From an uncultured Armatimonadetes bacterium (lineage in GTDB: Bacteria > Armatimonadota > UBA5829 > DTJY01): DNA of 64,000 nt. Positions 1 to 9,905 of this stretch are shown piece after piece; position 1 is the stretch's first letter, and each line of letters opens with the position of its first letter. The stretch lies in assembly GCA_963717145.1 (NCBI GenBank), contig OY970325.1, forward strand, positions 2,752,001-2,816,000, in the 5' to 3' direction. Under the pieces are notes generated by a model. It was not told where the DNA came from. It saw only the letters and a list, made by a program, of their open reading frames with translations, and ran no database searches. A program made the translations under genes and the position numbers.

Positions 1-1895
1 CCGGCTGTCTTCGTGAACGTACCGAATCCCTCGTACCCGCCCCAGGACGGCGCATCCTTGGCGGAGGTATGATACATACCCGTCGCATCGACTCGCCCGG
101 CCATGTCGTGCAGGTTGTTGTGATAGATGTTCGCCAGTACCTCGGCGTATGGAGTGCCGTGGAACCGTACCCGAGGCCCGCGATAGCCCTCGGGGATGTC
201 CGGCTTGATCTCGCCGATGAAGTCTTCTTCGCTAACGTAGAGTACCTTGCGGAGATCATCCAGCTTCTCCCGCGCCGACTGCTCATCCGTGCCCTCGGGA
301 CGGAGGCTCATGCGTCTGATGAAGTCCTGCGCGTCGGCCGGCACGACATCGCTTGGAAGTGCGATCCCGCCGGGGATGCTCTCGCCCGGCATCGGCTCGA
401 CCGTCAGCCCGGTCAGGACAGGCGCGCTCATCTTGGGGGACGTATGCTCGACGACAAGCGCCTTGATCGGGACTAGCCGCGGAGTCACCACTGCCATGTA
501 CCCGTCTGAGAGCGGCCTGCGTGGATAGAGTCGAAGCGACGCCTCCAACACCTTCTGAGCGTGCGGATCGGAGGCAAACGGTTCGGGGAACTGGAAGAAA
601 CGCTTGCCCCACCAGAGGCTCTCGCCGAGAATCAGCGGGTAGTCCTGAGTCGTGCCGTCTGCGTACTCCAGACGGACGCGCCCGAGCTTATCGCCCAGGA
701 AGAACCTGGAGTTGACGTCCCTGGGATCGCCCCACACCGGACATCCCCGGTCGGCTGAGTTCGTCATGCCGAGCAGGAAGAGATGGCTCGCCCTGACGCC
801 GAGCGGAATGCGGACGGCACCGTTCATCGGCACGGCGGACACGGGTGATGCGAGGAACGGGATGCCTCCACGCTCGACATAGGAGGGATCGGCGGTCTGA
901 GACTTCCAGTCCGCGAGCGATCGATTATCCGAAAACGTGACATGGAACGCATCGCCCGCATCGAACTCGTCGAGGCCGAGCCAGGCGAAACCGTTCTCGC
1001 TGATCCCATCGACAAGTCGGAGCTTGACCTTCTGCCCACTCAAATCGGCCACGTCCCATTCCACGAGGCTCGGGAAATCGCTCAGCGGAGGAGGACTGGA
1101 GCGCAGCACCTTGCCGCTCTCGATTGAGATAAGCTCGACCCGGTTGTCGCCCATCCCACCGTTCTTGCCATCATGTCCCCGGACATAAAGGCGAATCTTA
1201 GGGACGTTGACTGTGAACTCGGGTGATTCGATCGTCCCGGAACCGGTCTCTCCACCTCCAAGGGATGAGAGATAGGGAGCCGTCTCGCGCCCGCCGCCGT
1301 CACGCTCAATGACGGCCCAAGTGCCGAGGCCGCTGATGGGGATGGCGCGGTACCTGCTCTGGGCCGCGGTGTACGCCCTATGGACCTCCTCGACCTGCGC
1401 CAGTCCGAGCCATGCGAAGGCGCCTCCGGTGTCGCCATCGACCGCCTCGAAGTAGACCTCCCTGCCCACGAGATCGCTCACGATCCACGAGCGTACCTGG
1501 AAGCCATCCTGGACGGGAGGCAGAGCACGTCGGACGATCGTCCCGTCCGTCGCCAGTTTGAGGAAGAACCCATTGACGCGCTTCCCGCCCTTCTCTCCGT
1601 CCCAGCCGTTGACCCAGAAACGGATGAAGTCTTCTTTGACGGTGAATGACGGGGAGCGGAGCGCGCCGGTCTGGGATTCGCCGGATGCCAGCGATTCCAT
1701 GTGCGGGCGCGACTCCGCGGGGTTTCCGAGGCGTGGCATGTCGGTCGATCCCCATGCCTTGCCCTCCACGGTCCAACCATCCCAACCGGCACTTCCGCCG
1801 CCGAGGACGCGTGCAACCGTTTCGCCGCATGACGGAAGTGAGAGACTGACGCCAAGCGCCATGACGATAGCCAACCGGAGATGCGTGATCCTCAA
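1..1895 (-). CDS. Secreted multi-domain carbohydrate-active protein, truncated by the window edge (two tandem beta-sandwich modules followed by an unassigned domain)
   Basis: Absent from the ORF track because it runs off the window. Manual translation gives an open frame from TTG 1895 (SD AAGGAG upstream) to base 3: MRITHLRLAIVMALGVSLSLPSCGE... with two repeats of G..SP.FTV....WxVxDLxG..V....VDG...FAWLGL. Confidence 0.8.
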   Translation of the reverse strand, partial: MRITHLRLAIVMALGVSLSLPSCGETVARVLGGGSAGWDGWTVEGKAWGSTDMPRLGNPAESRPHMESLASGESQTGALRSPSFTVKEDFIRFWVNGWDGEKGGKRVNGFFLKLATDGTIVRRALPPVQDGFQVRSWIVSDLVGREVYFEAVDGDTGGAFAWLGLAQVEEVHRAYTAAQSRYRAIPISGLGTWAVIERDGGGRETAPYLSSLGGGETGSGTIESPEFTVNVPKIRLYVRGHDGKNGGMGDNRVELISIESGKVLRSSPPPLSDFPSLVEWDVADLSGQKVKLRLVDGISENGFAWLGLDEFDAGDAFHVTFSDNRSLADWKSQTADPSYVERGGIPFLASPVSAVPMNGAVRIPLGVRASHLFLLGMTNSADRGCPVWGDPRDVNSRFFLGDKLGRVRLEYADGTTQDYPLILGESLWWGKRFFQFPEPFASDPHAQKVLEASLRLYPRRPLSDGYMAVVTPRLVPIKALVVEHTSPKMSAPVLTGLTVEPMPGESIPGGIALPSDVVPADAQDFIRRMSLRPEGTDEQSAREKLDDLRKVLYVSEEDFIGEIKPDIPEGYRGPRVRFHGTPYAEVLANIYHNNLHDMAGRVDATGMYHTSAKDAPSWGGYEGFGTFTKTA

Positions 1896-1910
1896 GGTGT
1901 TTTGCTCCTT

Positions 1911-4900
1911 CTACTCGATCGCCACAAGGGTGACGTACCGCTTCTCACCGAAGGGGAAGATGCCGACGATGAGCTGGAAGCCCACGCGCGTTTCCGACTT
2001 GATGCCGTCTGAGAGCCTGAACTCCGGCACTTCGGCGTCAGAGAGGAACGGCGTGTCGGCCTTGATCGCGGCGAGGACGGCCCTGTCCCCCACCCTTGCC
2101 CTGAGGTGGACCGCGCCCTCCCGATTGCCCTTCGGCGCGAGCCACTTCACCTCGTCGATGTTCCCAAGCGACGCCCGGACCTGGACCGGCTGCCCGGCCT
2201 TCACCTTGACCTCACCGCCGTCACTGAGGGCAACCCACCGGCCGCTGGAGTCTTGGATCTCCAGGGAGTTGAACTCTCCGTTCAGGTACTTCGGCGGCTT
2301 GGTACCGTCGAGCGGCGTGTTCCCGATCGCGATCCTCGGGAAGTTGGACGAATCAGTCCCCGTAGCCTTGGTCCGCAGGCCGACGGTCTTCCCCTCGCTG
2401 ACCGCCTTCCCATACTCGGCCCGTTTATCCGCCAACATGCCGGCGTATCCGACGGCATAGAGGTCGCGGTCGATCTCGATCCAGTAGTTCGGCTTCTTCT
2501 GCGGATACGGCTCTGAGGCCGTCTTCGCCATCTTGGTGTATTCGAATGCCGATGGGCGCATGGTGAAATCCGGGTTGATGACCGAGTAGTCGCTCCTCTC
2601 CCAGATCAGGTAGCCCGGCCACCACCACGCGGCGGATCCGGCGGAACGGGTCTCATAGAAGGTCCTGTATATCTTCTCATAGTATGCGCGCTGGGCCTCC
2701 AGGCGCTCCGGCGAAGGGTTGAAACCCGGATCGAACCCGAGTTCGGCCCAGTAGATCGGCTTCCCACCGCTGACGAACTTGCCGTAGAGCGTCGTAAAAC
2801 CACCCTCACTAAATGACTGCCAATCGCCGCTGAAGTTGTAGCCCTCTGGTGAGATGTAGTCGAAGTGCTTCGCGCCGGACAGCAGATCGACCGGCATCGC
2901 TGGAAGGGCGTATCCCGCCATCGTACCGGTGCCGCCGAACCCGCTCCTGGCGCTGATGGGGTGATAGGGATCGACGCTCCTGACGACCTCGCGGATGTCC
3001 ATGTACCGGCGGCTCAGTTCGTCGTCCCAGAAGCGTCGGTATGCGGCGACCATCCTGTCCCACGGGCCGTTCTCGCTGATCTGCGCATCTGTCGGGCCAT
3101 GGACGAGATCGTTTTCGCCCGTGCGGAGGGTGAATCCCCAATCCCTCTCGGCGTTCTCGACGCTGCCATAGCGGTCCTCGATCCAGCGTTTCCAGATTGG
3201 GTCAGACAGTTTGCGCTTCTCCTCCCGGCCGACCCGGACCTCCCAGGCGACGTCGTATGCGAACATCGCCGGTCGCTCCCAGAGGCGGACATTCTTGATC
3301 GATTCGAGCGCTTTCTCGGGATGGGGATCGATCGGATAGAGGCCGGGGACGAAGACGTGGCATTTGAGCCCGTGCCGGTGAGCGCGCTCCATGAAGTCGA
3401 CGAACCCCGGGGCGACGTCCGGGCTCTCGGTAAGGATCAGCGCCACCGTGTTCAGTCCGATCTTGTTCATCAGATCGAGTTCCATCTCGACGATCTCGGC
3501 GTCATACTGGGTCGGATGACACCAGTGGGTCCAGAACATCCCCTCCTCCATCGAGGCGACGTAGACGGGGCGGTAGTTGATCCCGAGCGAGAACCACGGC
3601 TTGCCCTTGTAGATGAACTGGTCGCCCTCGATCGTCACAAGCTCGGACTTGTCCACCGGCTTCGATTCGACGACCGAGAACGGCTGGCGGATGGCGTCGA
3701 TCGGCTTGCCGTCGCGGAGCATCCAGACCTCGGCGACGTAGAACCCGGGGGCGAGCCCCTCGACCGGCCCAAGCTCGCAGACGGTGCGCTGGCCGGTAAG
3801 ATCGAAGGTCTTGTCGAGACGGACATGGCTGGCCGAGCCGTTCTCGTATTGCGGGTCACAGGTGATATTGCACTCTATCTCGATGGAGCCTGTGGTATCC
3901 CCAAGATTCAGGACGGTCGCGCCTATGAGCGGCGTGCCCTCGAAGTATGAAGCACGATCAGTGCCTGCCGAGAGCAGGTAGAGCCCGCCGTCGATTCGAT
4001 CGACGAGTTCGGCCGCCTCACGCGCGATCTCCACTCGATGCCCGGCCAGGAAATCGGGATCCTCGATGCCGAATGTCGCCCATACGCAGCCCTTGTAGTC
4101 CTTATCATCCAGGACGTAGAGAGAAGCCGCCGCACCGCCTATATGCCCGTCGACTTCCCTGACCGCGAGGGCCGGAATCCACCGGCGGGGAGTCGTCTTG
4201 TCGAAGCCGAGTCCCCGGTAGCGGGGGAGCGAACAGACGGTGTTCACCGGCCCGGTGATCACCTGATCGCCGGTCGTCTTGTACGAGCCGGAGGTCGGGA
4301 CGTAGGACTCGGCTGTCACCGTGTAGGTCTTGTAGGCCGGGCTGAGCGTCTCGATGGTCGGCTGAGAGAAATCGGGAGCGCCGGCGGGGTTCGGCATCGA
4401 GCGAATGTCGGTGATCCAGAAAGTGACAGGCTTGCTGGGATCTCTCAGGTTGCTGTTCTCGAAACCGACCTTGAACTTGACGATCTTCTGCACGTCGATG
4501 CGATCAGCGGGACCGCCCGGGCCTTTCCAGTGACGGAAGAGTTCCGCCGTGAGCGCATATCGCTTCCAGGAGGTGCTAAGGTCAATGTGCGCCTGCCATC
4601 GTCCGCCCTCGGAGTCGATCCAGGCAACGATCAGCTTGCGCGCATTCTCGTCGCCCTTCGCCCAGAAAGTGGTGACGGTGTCGGCCGCCGGGAACTTCCC
4701 GGTTACGGGGATGTCCTGGAACTCCCAGTATGCGCAACTCGGCAGCGAGACCTCGAGCGCCGAGTCCGCATCGGGCATGTCGGGTGTCACGGCTCTCACG
4801 GTAGGAGTGGTATCGGGGGTCCCGGTGTCACGGTAGTCGGGCGACGGGGTGAAGGCGGCGAAGTCGAGGATCGTCTCACCCGGCGGCATCGTCGCGAGCT

Positions 4901-5294
4901 TGTCGACTAGTATCTGCTGAGTGACCCACTCACCGCCGACCTTGACCGTCATCCGGGAGAGCGGAGGCCCGCCGATGGTGAGGATGTTGCCGCTAGCCGC
5001 CAGATATTCCCGCAGTGCCGGAACCGATTCGACCGGGAACGAGGCGGAATTCGGCAGGACGAGAAGCTGGTCGGACCTGTCTGACTTGTCGGACAGGACC
5101 GAGACCAGGTCATCGGCGGGGATGGGCTTCACCGCGAACCCCTGTATCTCAAGGGTCGATCTCAGCGTATCGACGAACACGGCGTCAGTGCCCGGCAGTC
5201 GCTCAGTAAGCAATAGCACGTCGAGTCGCTTCCCGGACGCGCAGCATACACTGACTGCGAGCAGGACTATGATCAGAAAAAGGCATCTCGGCAT
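1911..5294 (-). CDS. Large secreted multi-domain glycoside hydrolase, clan GH-A-like (CBM-like domain plus TIM barrel)
   Basis: Signal peptide MPRCLFLIIVLLAVSVCCA with GGAGG upstream; GINY, FAYDVAWEV (acid/base-like) and KPIYWAELG (nucleophile-like) motifs. Confidence 0.65.
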   Translation of the reverse strand: MPRCLFLIIVLLAVSVCCASGKRLDVLLLTERLPGTDAVFVDTLRSTLEIQGFAVKPIPADDLVSVLSDKSDRSDQLLVLPNSASFPVESVPALREYLAASGNILTIGGPPLSRMTVKVGGEWVTQQILVDKLATMPPGETILDFAAFTPSPDYRDTGTPDTTPTVRAVTPDMPDADSALEVSLPSCAYWEFQDIPVTGKFPAADTVTTFWAKGDENARKLIVAWIDSEGGRWQAHIDLSTSWKRYALTAELFRHWKGPGGPADRIDVQKIVKFKVGFENSNLRDPSKPVTFWITDIRSMPNPAGAPDFSQPTIETLSPAYKTYTVTAESYVPTSGSYKTTGDQVITGPVNTVCSLPRYRGLGFDKTTPRRWIPALAVREVDGHIGGAAASLYVLDDKDYKGCVWATFGIEDPDFLAGHRVEIAREAAELVDRIDGGLYLLSAGTDRASYFEGTPLIGATVLNLGDTTGSIEIECNITCDPQYENGSASHVRLDKTFDLTGQRTVCELGPVEGLAPGFYVAEVWMLRDGKPIDAIRQPFSVVESKPVDKSELVTIEGDQFIYKGKPWFSLGINYRPVYVASMEEGMFWTHWCHPTQYDAEIVEMELDLMNKIGLNTVALILTESPDVAPGFVDFMERAHRHGLKCHVFVPGLYPIDPHPEKALESIKNVRLWERPAMFAYDVAWEVRVGREEKRKLSDPIWKRWIEDRYGSVENAERDWGFTLRTGENDLVHGPTDAQISENGPWDRMVAAYRRFWDDELSRRYMDIREVVRSVDPYHPISARSGFGGTGTMAGYALPAMPVDLLSGAKHFDYISPEGYNFSGDWQSFSEGGFTTLYGKFVSGGKPIYWAELGFDPGFNPSPERLEAQRAYYEKIYRTFYETRSAGSAAWWWPGYLIWERSDYSVINPDFTMRPSAFEYTKMAKTASEPYPQKKPNYWIEIDRDLYAVGYAGMLADKRAEYGKAVSEGKTVGLRTKATGTDSSNFPRIAIGNTPLDGTKPPKYLNGEFNSLEIQDSSGRWVALSDGGEVKVKAGQPVQVRASLGNIDEVKWLAPKGNREGAVHLRARVGDRAVLAAIKADTPFLSDAEVPEFRLSDGIKSETRVGFQLIVGIFPFGEKRYVTLVAIE

Positions 5295-5586
5295 GGCAGG
5301 TTTCCTCCAGGCGCATGGGCTCTCCAGGGTCGCCACAGCACTACTTCTGGTTTAGCCGGTAAGTCCGTTCTTACCTCCGTGGTTCAAGAGAGAGCATTCA
5401 GGGGCTTTGGCCATTGACCTCCCACTTGCCCCACATCCGGTATATGTACTGATGTTACCGATGTATAGTACATAATACTTGGCAGTTTTTTGTGTGCATG
5501 CTTAGAATTGCTCTGCTATGGGTATTCATGAATCGGATGGAGTCGTGATCGGTAACGGAGATCGCGCTCCGGCGAAGGAGGTGGAA

Positions 5587-5754
5587 ATGATGATTGCCAG
5601 GATTAAGTCCCTGCTGGAAGACGAGGAAGGGGCAACCATGGTCGAATACGCCCTTATGGTGGCCCTGATCGCCGTGGTGGCCATTGCCGCAGTCACGCTG
5701 CTCGGCGGAAAAGTCAAACAGACCTTCCAGACTTCCAGCGATGCTATCCCGTAA
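5587..5754 (+). CDS. flp: Flp family type IVc (Tad) major pilin
   Basis: DEEG/ATMVEYALMVALIAVV prepilin motif (G-xxxx-EY); strong SD AAGGAGGTG. Confidence 0.95.
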   Translation: MMIARIKSLLEDEEGATMVEYALMVALIAVVAIAAVTLLGGKVKQTFQTSSDAIP

Positions 5755-5768
5755 ACGACAATGGACAC

Positions 5769-5809
5769 TGGTAGATCGGACCGGGATCACGGTCCCGGCC
5801 GGTCTACCA
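5769..5809 (+). terminator. GC-rich stem-loop after flp (attenuator or mRNA stabiliser)
   Basis: TGGTAGATCGGACCGGGATC-AC-GGTCCCGGCCGGTCTACCA, about 15 nt after the flp stop, with no U-tract. Confidence 0.55.
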
Positions 5810-5844
5810 CGGGATTAGTTGTGGTAGCAGGTAAGGCGATAGTA

Positions 5845-6293
5845 ATGGGGTCGAAACGATTGAACAATAGAGGAGCGGCACTCGTCGAGTTCGCCATCGT
5901 GTCGTTGTTGTTGATCACAATGATGCTGGGCGTCATCGAGTTCGGGCTCCTCATGAAGGATTATCTCACCTTGAGTCAGTCGGCGAGGGAGGGCGTGAGG
6001 TCCGCTGCGCTCGGCAGTCCCACATCCGTAATACAGTCGCGGGTGATGGATTCGCGCCGACGTTGACGGTCGCGAACATAGGCGTCATCGCGCAGAAGCG
6101 ACCTGTCGGCGGCAGTTGGTCGACGTTGGGGCTCTCGGCGGACGGCCTGTCGAATGATGCTCCGGCCGGTGACCAGGTGCAGGTATCGCTCACATATCCA
6201 CACACGTTGATCACCGGGAGTTTCTTCTCGTGGTTGGCAGGTGGAGGCAATTCGATCAGCATACACACTCAGATGATCATGCGCCGGGAGTAA
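5845..6293 (+). CDS. tadE: TadE-like pseudopilin, frameshifted near 6052
   Basis: RG/AALVEFAIV...AREGVRSAA motif; continues in another frame to ...VQVSLTYPHTLITG...MRRE, a typical TadE C-terminus; one base appears to be missing in GATTCGCGCCG. Confidence 0.85.
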
Positions 6294-6360
6294 CCCGCAG
6301 CTTGTGTGCACGGTTCCCCTCGCATCCTGGCTCGCAGGGCACGACAGGAAGGATACGCAG

Positions 6361-7344
6361 ATGATGCAGTTGCTGAGAAACAGGCTGGTGATCATGGCGC
6401 TCGTGGTCGGCTCGGCCACGGCGCTTCTCGCATACGTGTTTCTGGCCAGACAGGCGAGTGCCGCCACCAAGTCCGTGCAGGTGGTCGTGGCTCAGCATCG
6501 CGTTCCGGTCGGCACAATAATGACCCTAGATATGATAGCGCTTCGATCGATGCGGAGGAACACGGTGCCGTCAACAGCCATCCAGAGCTTGGAACTGGTC
6601 GCGGGCAAGGTTGCACGTGGCGAGATCACGGCAGGGCAAATCGTAACCGCCGAGATCCTGGCTGAGAGGAGCCGGCTTGCGCAGATGATCCCCCCCAATA
6701 TGCGAGCCGTGACGGTTTCCCTTATGCCGGTCATCGGCGTGGGCGGGTTCCTCAAGCCGGGAGACCATGTAGATGTGATCGCCACATTCGATATCAATGG
6801 CGGCACGTTGACCAGGACGATCCTTCAGAACGCCCTGCTGCTTGCCACCGGCACGGATATGCTTGTTGTCGACCAGGATCCAGCCCGGAGCAGCAAGCCG
6901 ACCAAGCCGGAGATGCAGCCAACCGCCACACTGGCCTTGTTGCCGACGGACGCGGAGAAGCTGATACTGGCCGAATCCAGGGGCGAACTCCGCCTCGTCC
7001 TGCGGAGGTCCGACGATCTCTCGGTGGCGACCACAAGAGGATTCACCGGGCGCGCGGTGATCGGGACTGTCCCGACGGACCAGCCACAGGGCAAACCGTA
7101 TGAGTCGCCCGCGATGAACCCGGCGCCACAGCAGTCGCCAACCGTGACGCTGACGCCCGCCAAGCTGCAGCCGAAACTCGAAGTGGTGATTCCTGCGATT
7201 CCGGTCCCCGTGCAGGCAACTACTGCGAGCAAGCCGCCCGTGACCAAGTCGCCGATTCCGGACCGCAAGATCCAGGTCATCCACGGAACCGCAGTGGAAG
7301 AAGTCGTTGTGTCAGGCGATAAGTCGGGAGGGGAACTCAGGTGA
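6361..7344 (+). CDS. cpaB: Flp pilus assembly protein CpaB/RcpC
   Basis: N-terminal TM, SAF-like VVVAQHRVPVGT, MRAVTV...GVGGFLKPGDHVDVI, Pro-rich C-terminal linker. Confidence 0.93.
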   Translation: MMQLLRNRLVIMALVVGSATALLAYVFLARQASAATKSVQVVVAQHRVPVGTIMTLDMIALRSMRRNTVPSTAIQSLELVAGKVARGEITAGQIVTAEILAERSRLAQMIPPNMRAVTVSLMPVIGVGGFLKPGDHVDVIATFDINGGTLTRTILQNALLLATGTDMLVVDQDPARSSKPTKPEMQPTATLALLPTDAEKLILAESRGELRLVLRRSDDLSVATTRGFTGRAVIGTVPTDQPQGKPYESPAMNPAPQQSPTVTLTPAKLQPKLEVVIPAIPVPVQATTASKPPVTKSPIPDRKIQVIHGTAVEEVVVSGDKSGGELR

Positions 7345-8549
7345 GGACACGAGTACTGATCGCCGAACGTGACAGGGAGTCTCGGAACTCCATAAGAGAA
7401 ATGATGAGCGAAGAGAGTGGCTTCGACGTCGTCGGTTTGGCTCGGGACAGCCAAGAGGCAATTCAGTTGGCGATGCAGCTCTCGCCTGATGTGGCTTTGA
7501 TAGCATACGATCTCCCTGGACTGACGGGGCCGGAGACGTGCGAGATACTGAGTTCGTTGTCGCCCGGCATCATGATCGGACTGATCGCGGATGCGAAGAC
7601 ACCGGAGCGCCTGGACAAGGCCCTGAACTGCGGAGCACGCACAGTCATAACCAAGCCTCTCAGCGCAGATCAGGTGTGCTCGCAGGTCACCGACTTAGCA
7701 GAGTTGAAGGAGCGGCAACAGTCGCCGGAAACCCGCCAATGGGCGGACCCGACGAAATACCCGAAGATCATCACTGTTACGGGCGCAAAGGGCGGCGTGG
7801 GCAAGAGCACAGTCGCGGCCAACCTTGCCACCGTCATGGCCTGGCGGGAGCCAGGCGCTGTAATATTGATAGACTTCTACACGCAATTCGGCGATATTGC
7901 CACCATGTTCAACTTCATTCCGAAGGGCACGATAGCCGAGATCATGCCCGTGTGCGCCGATCTGGACATCGGTCTCGTGAACAGCTACGTGACGCGGCAC
8001 TCGTCCGGAGTTCACATCCTCGTGATGTCAGTGGAGCCTCTGCCTCCGGAAGTCGTTGATCTCGAGTGCCTCGACAGTCTGTTCTATGTCCTGAAGAGCG
8101 AATACAAGTACATTATAGTGGACATGCCGCCGATGCTGTACACAACCACTCTGCACGTCCTGACCCATTCGAACATGATCCTGCTGATCGCCAATCTGCG
8201 CGACCTGACGACGTTGACCGACACCAGGAAGTTCTACGATACCCTTCACGACGAGCGAATCTCCGACGACAGCATCGGAATCGTGCTGAACCGGATATCC
8301 AGGACAAACAAGCTGCAACTCCGGGACGTCCAGCAAATGTTCGGCTGTCAGATTGTGGCCCATATTCCGGACTATGATAAGGTCTTAACGGCCATCAATG
8401 AGGGACGGCCTGCCGTGCTGATGGACAGGGGCTCCGCATTCACCCGCGGCATGGAACAGATCGCATCGGCGCTCTCTTCGCCGCCTGCCACCCCCAAAGA
8501 GATATCTGCAGCCGCAACGGACGAGAGGCAACTTGCCGCTATCCCATAG
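7341..8549 (+). CDS. cpaE: CpaE/TadZ: receiver-like domain plus MinD/ParA-type ATPase
   Basis: N-terminal REC-like fold; deviant Walker A GAKGGVGKST; position between cpaB and cpaF. Confidence 0.9.
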   Translation: MRTRVLIAERDRESRNSIREMMSEESGFDVVGLARDSQEAIQLAMQLSPDVALIAYDLPGLTGPETCEILSSLSPGIMIGLIADAKTPERLDKALNCGARTVITKPLSADQVCSQVTDLAELKERQQSPETRQWADPTKYPKIITVTGAKGGVGKSTVAANLATVMAWREPGAVILIDFYTQFGDIATMFNFIPKGTIAEIMPVCADLDIGLVNSYVTRHSSGVHILVMSVEPLPPEVVDLECLDSLFYVLKSEYKYIIVDMPPMLYTTTLHVLTHSNMILLIANLRDLTTLTDTRKFYDTLHDERISDDSIGIVLNRISRTNKLQLRDVQQMFGCQIVAHIPDYDKVLTAINEGRPAVLMDRGSAFTRGMEQIASALSSPPATPKEISAAATDERQLAAIP

Positions 8550-8564
8550 AAAGGTGATGAGGAC

Positions 8565-9905
8565 ATGAGCGCAGTCAGACTGGAAGAACGAACCGAACTG
8601 GACCGCTCCGGACGATCGGGAGCGCCAAGCGGCCAGCAATTGTCCCAACTGGAGGATAGGGTCCACCAACGGCTGATGCACAACATCAACCCCGTTGACC
8701 TAGTCAAGCTCGATAGGCCGGCGATGATGCGAGAGATAGCCGGGGTGTTGTATGAGATCACCAATGAGGAGAACACGCCGCTTCCGAGCCGGGCGCGCGA
8801 AGGCATAGTCAGTGACGTAGTCGACGAGATCCTCGGCTACGGGCCGATTCAGCCGCTTCTCGATGATCCCACCGTCAGCGAGGTAATGGTCAACGGATAC
8901 CGTCACGTCTACGTCGAGAGAAGCGGCAAGATCGTGCTGACCGATAAGGTCTTCCGAGACGACGGCCACATCATGCGCATCATCGAGCGGATTGTTGCCC
9001 CCCTCGGCAGGCGCATAGACGAGAGCTCGCCGATGGTGGATGCCCGACTCCCGGACGGCTCCCGCGTGAACGCCATCATCCCTCCGCTGGCTGTGAAAGG
9101 TCCGACTCTCACCATCCGCAAGTTCGCCAAAGATCCGCTCACCGCGGACGACCTGGTGAGATTCGGAACCCTGACGCAAAACATGGTGGACTTCCTGCGA
9201 GCGTGCGTCAAGGGTCGCATGAACATCATCGTCTCCGGTGGAACGGGCAGCGGCAAGACGACCACCCTGAATGTACTCTCGTCGTTCATCCCGGATGATG
9301 AACGGATACTGACAATTGAGGACGCCGCGGAACTGCAACTCCAACAGCAGCATGTCGTCAGCCTGGAGAGCCGCCCGCCTAACATCGAAGGAAAAGGCGA
9401 GGTAAGCATCCGCATGCTGGTTCGAAACTCCCTGAGAATGCGGCCGGACCGAATCATCGTCGGTGAGGTCAGAGGCGGGGAGGCGCTCGATATGCTGCAG
9501 GCGATGAACACCGGTCACGACGGCTCTCTGAGCACCGCGCATACCAACAGCCCGAGGGACACGATCTCGCGTCTGGAGACGATGGTGCTGATGGCCGGCA
9601 TGGACCTGCCCGCCAAAGCAATCGGGGAGCAGATAGCTGCAGCGATAGACGTGATCGTCCAGCAGAGCAGATTGCGAGACGGCAGCCGAAGGATCACCCA
9701 CATCACCGAGGTGCAGGGCATGGAGAGCGATGTTATCGTGCTGCAGGACGTCTTCAGATTCGAACAGCAGGGCGTCGATCCGCAGGGCAAGGTCATCGGC
9801 GAACTGAAGGCCACTGGTCTGCGCCCCAAACTCATGGAGCGGATAGCCCAGCAGGGGATGACACTGGATCCGAACATCTTCGACCCTGGAGGAGTCACCG
9901 CATGA
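8565..9905 (+). CDS. cpaF: CpaF/TadA pilus assembly ATPase
   Basis: GGTGSGKTT, IEDAAEL, LRMRPDRIIVGEVRG, MNTGHDGS. Confidence 0.97.
   Translation: MSAVRLEERTELDRSGRSGAPSGQQLSQLEDRVHQRLMHNINPVDLVKLDRPAMMREIAGVLYEITNEENTPLPSRAREGIVSDVVDEILGYGPIQPLLDDPTVSEVMVNGYRHVYVERSGKIVLTDKVFRDDGHIMRIIERIVAPLGRRIDESSPMVDARLPDGSRVNAIIPPLAVKGPTLTIRKFAKDPLTADDLVRFGTLTQNMVDFLRACVKGRMNIIVSGGTGSGKTTTLNVLSSFIPDDERILTIEDAAELQLQQQHVVSLESRPPNIEGKGEVSIRMLVRNSLRMRPDRIIVGEVRGGEALDMLQAMNTGHDGSLSTAHTNSPRDTISRLETMVLMAGMDLPAKAIGEQIAAAIDVIVQQSRLRDGSRRITHITEVQGMESDVIVLQDVFRFEQQGVDPQGKVIGELKATGLRPKLMERIAQQGMTLDPNIFDPGGVTA

Noticed and set aside
5479..5497. Sigma54 promoter upstream of flp (TGGCAG...)
   Set aside because: No GC at the required GG-N10-GC spacing
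7341..7700. CpaE receiver lacking the phospho-acceptor Asp as a novelty
   Set aside because: Atypical receiver domains are an established TadZ/CpaE feature
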